In this document: in pieces, positions 19,557-20,000 of the stretch
Numbering within the stretch: position 1 is the first letter of the stretch
How the letters are laid out: every line of letters starts with the position of its first letter
Assembly (NCBI RefSeq): GCF_004010195.1
Contig: NC_057720.1
Coordinates: 11,145,814 to 11,165,813, forward strand
DNA from: Chiloscyllium plagiosum
Lineage: Eukaryota
DNA: 20,000 nt
Direction: 5' to 3'
Translations under genes and position numbers: made by a program
The notes under the pieces: model-generated
What the model saw: only the letters and a program-made list of their open reading frames with translations
The model's database searches: none
Told to the model about the DNA's origin: nothing

Positions 19557-19710
19557 AGCACATCTTTGGACTGAGGGAGGAAACCAGAGCACCCATAGGA
19601 AACCCACACGGCCACGGGGAGAAAGTAAGAACTCCACACAGACAGTCACCCAGGGCTGGAACTGAACTCAGTCCCCTGGGTCTGTGAGGCAGCAGTGACT
19701 CAGCACCGTC
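19557..19710 (-). mobile_element. HE1/V-SINE 5' half
   Basis: The tRNA-like head and V-domain are on the minus strand, homologous to 200-334. Confidence 0.85.
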
Positions 19711-19719
19711 AGACATGCG

Positions 19720-20000
19720 AGGTAAAAACAATGACTGCAGATGCTGGAAACCAGATTCTGGATCAGTGGTGCTGGAAGAGCACAGCAATTCAGGCAGCAT
19801 CCGACAAGCAGCGAAATCAACGTTTCGGGCAAAAGCCCTTCATCAGGAATAAAGGCAGAGAGTCTGAAGCGTGGAGAGATAAGCTAGAGGAGGATGGGGG
19901 TGGGGAGAAAGTAGAATAGAGTACAATAGGTAAGTGGGGGAGGAGATGAAGGTGATAGGTCAGGGAGGAGAGGGTGGAGTGGATAGGTGGAAAAGGAGCT
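19720..20000 (-). mobile_element. Penelope-like element 3' end and pLTR, running off the window edge
   Basis: ACTGCAGATGCTGGA..GTGCTGGAAGAGCACAGC..CAGGCAGCATCCGA..CGTTTCGGGCAAAAGCCCTTCATCAGGAAT is followed by a purine-rich tract homologous to 10066-10345. Confidence 0.88.
19815..19850 (-). ncRNA. Minimal hammerhead ribozyme motif (PLE-associated), intact core
   Basis: The minus strand reads ATTC-CTGATGA-A-GGGC-TTTT-GCCC-GAAA-CGTT-GATT. This has both conserved boxes, a perfect 4-bp stem II and the palindrome AACGTT, with a weak stem I. Confidence 0.72.

Overview
This is eukaryotic, repeat-dense intergenic or intronic DNA, and its repeat families point to a cartilaginous fish (shark). I can support no host protein-coding or RNA gene. 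Family names come from recognising motifs by eye, with no database search. The window is a nested mosaic of: CR1 LINE fragments of several ages, including a young 5'-truncated 2.2-kb copy at 11047-13270; a second CR1/L2-group LINE lineage; an L2 relic; tRNA-derived HE1/V-SINEs and DeuSINE-like relics; a 27-bp G-rich minisatellite spanning a 442-N assembly gap; and about nine Penelope-like element (PLE) derivatives. The most notable signal is in the PLE termini. They carry minimal hammerhead-ribozyme cores (CTGAnGA-stem II-GAAA-palindrome), intact at 5568-5595 (+) and 19819-19846 (-). Several PLE derivatives are ~200-bp non-coding fold-back elements flanked by 13-14-bp target-site duplications (TSDs). 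A separate, older inverted-repeat family (3814-3996, 13725-13895) may carry a decayed hammerhead core as well. A few repeat-free islands contain candidate cis-regulatory motif clusters.
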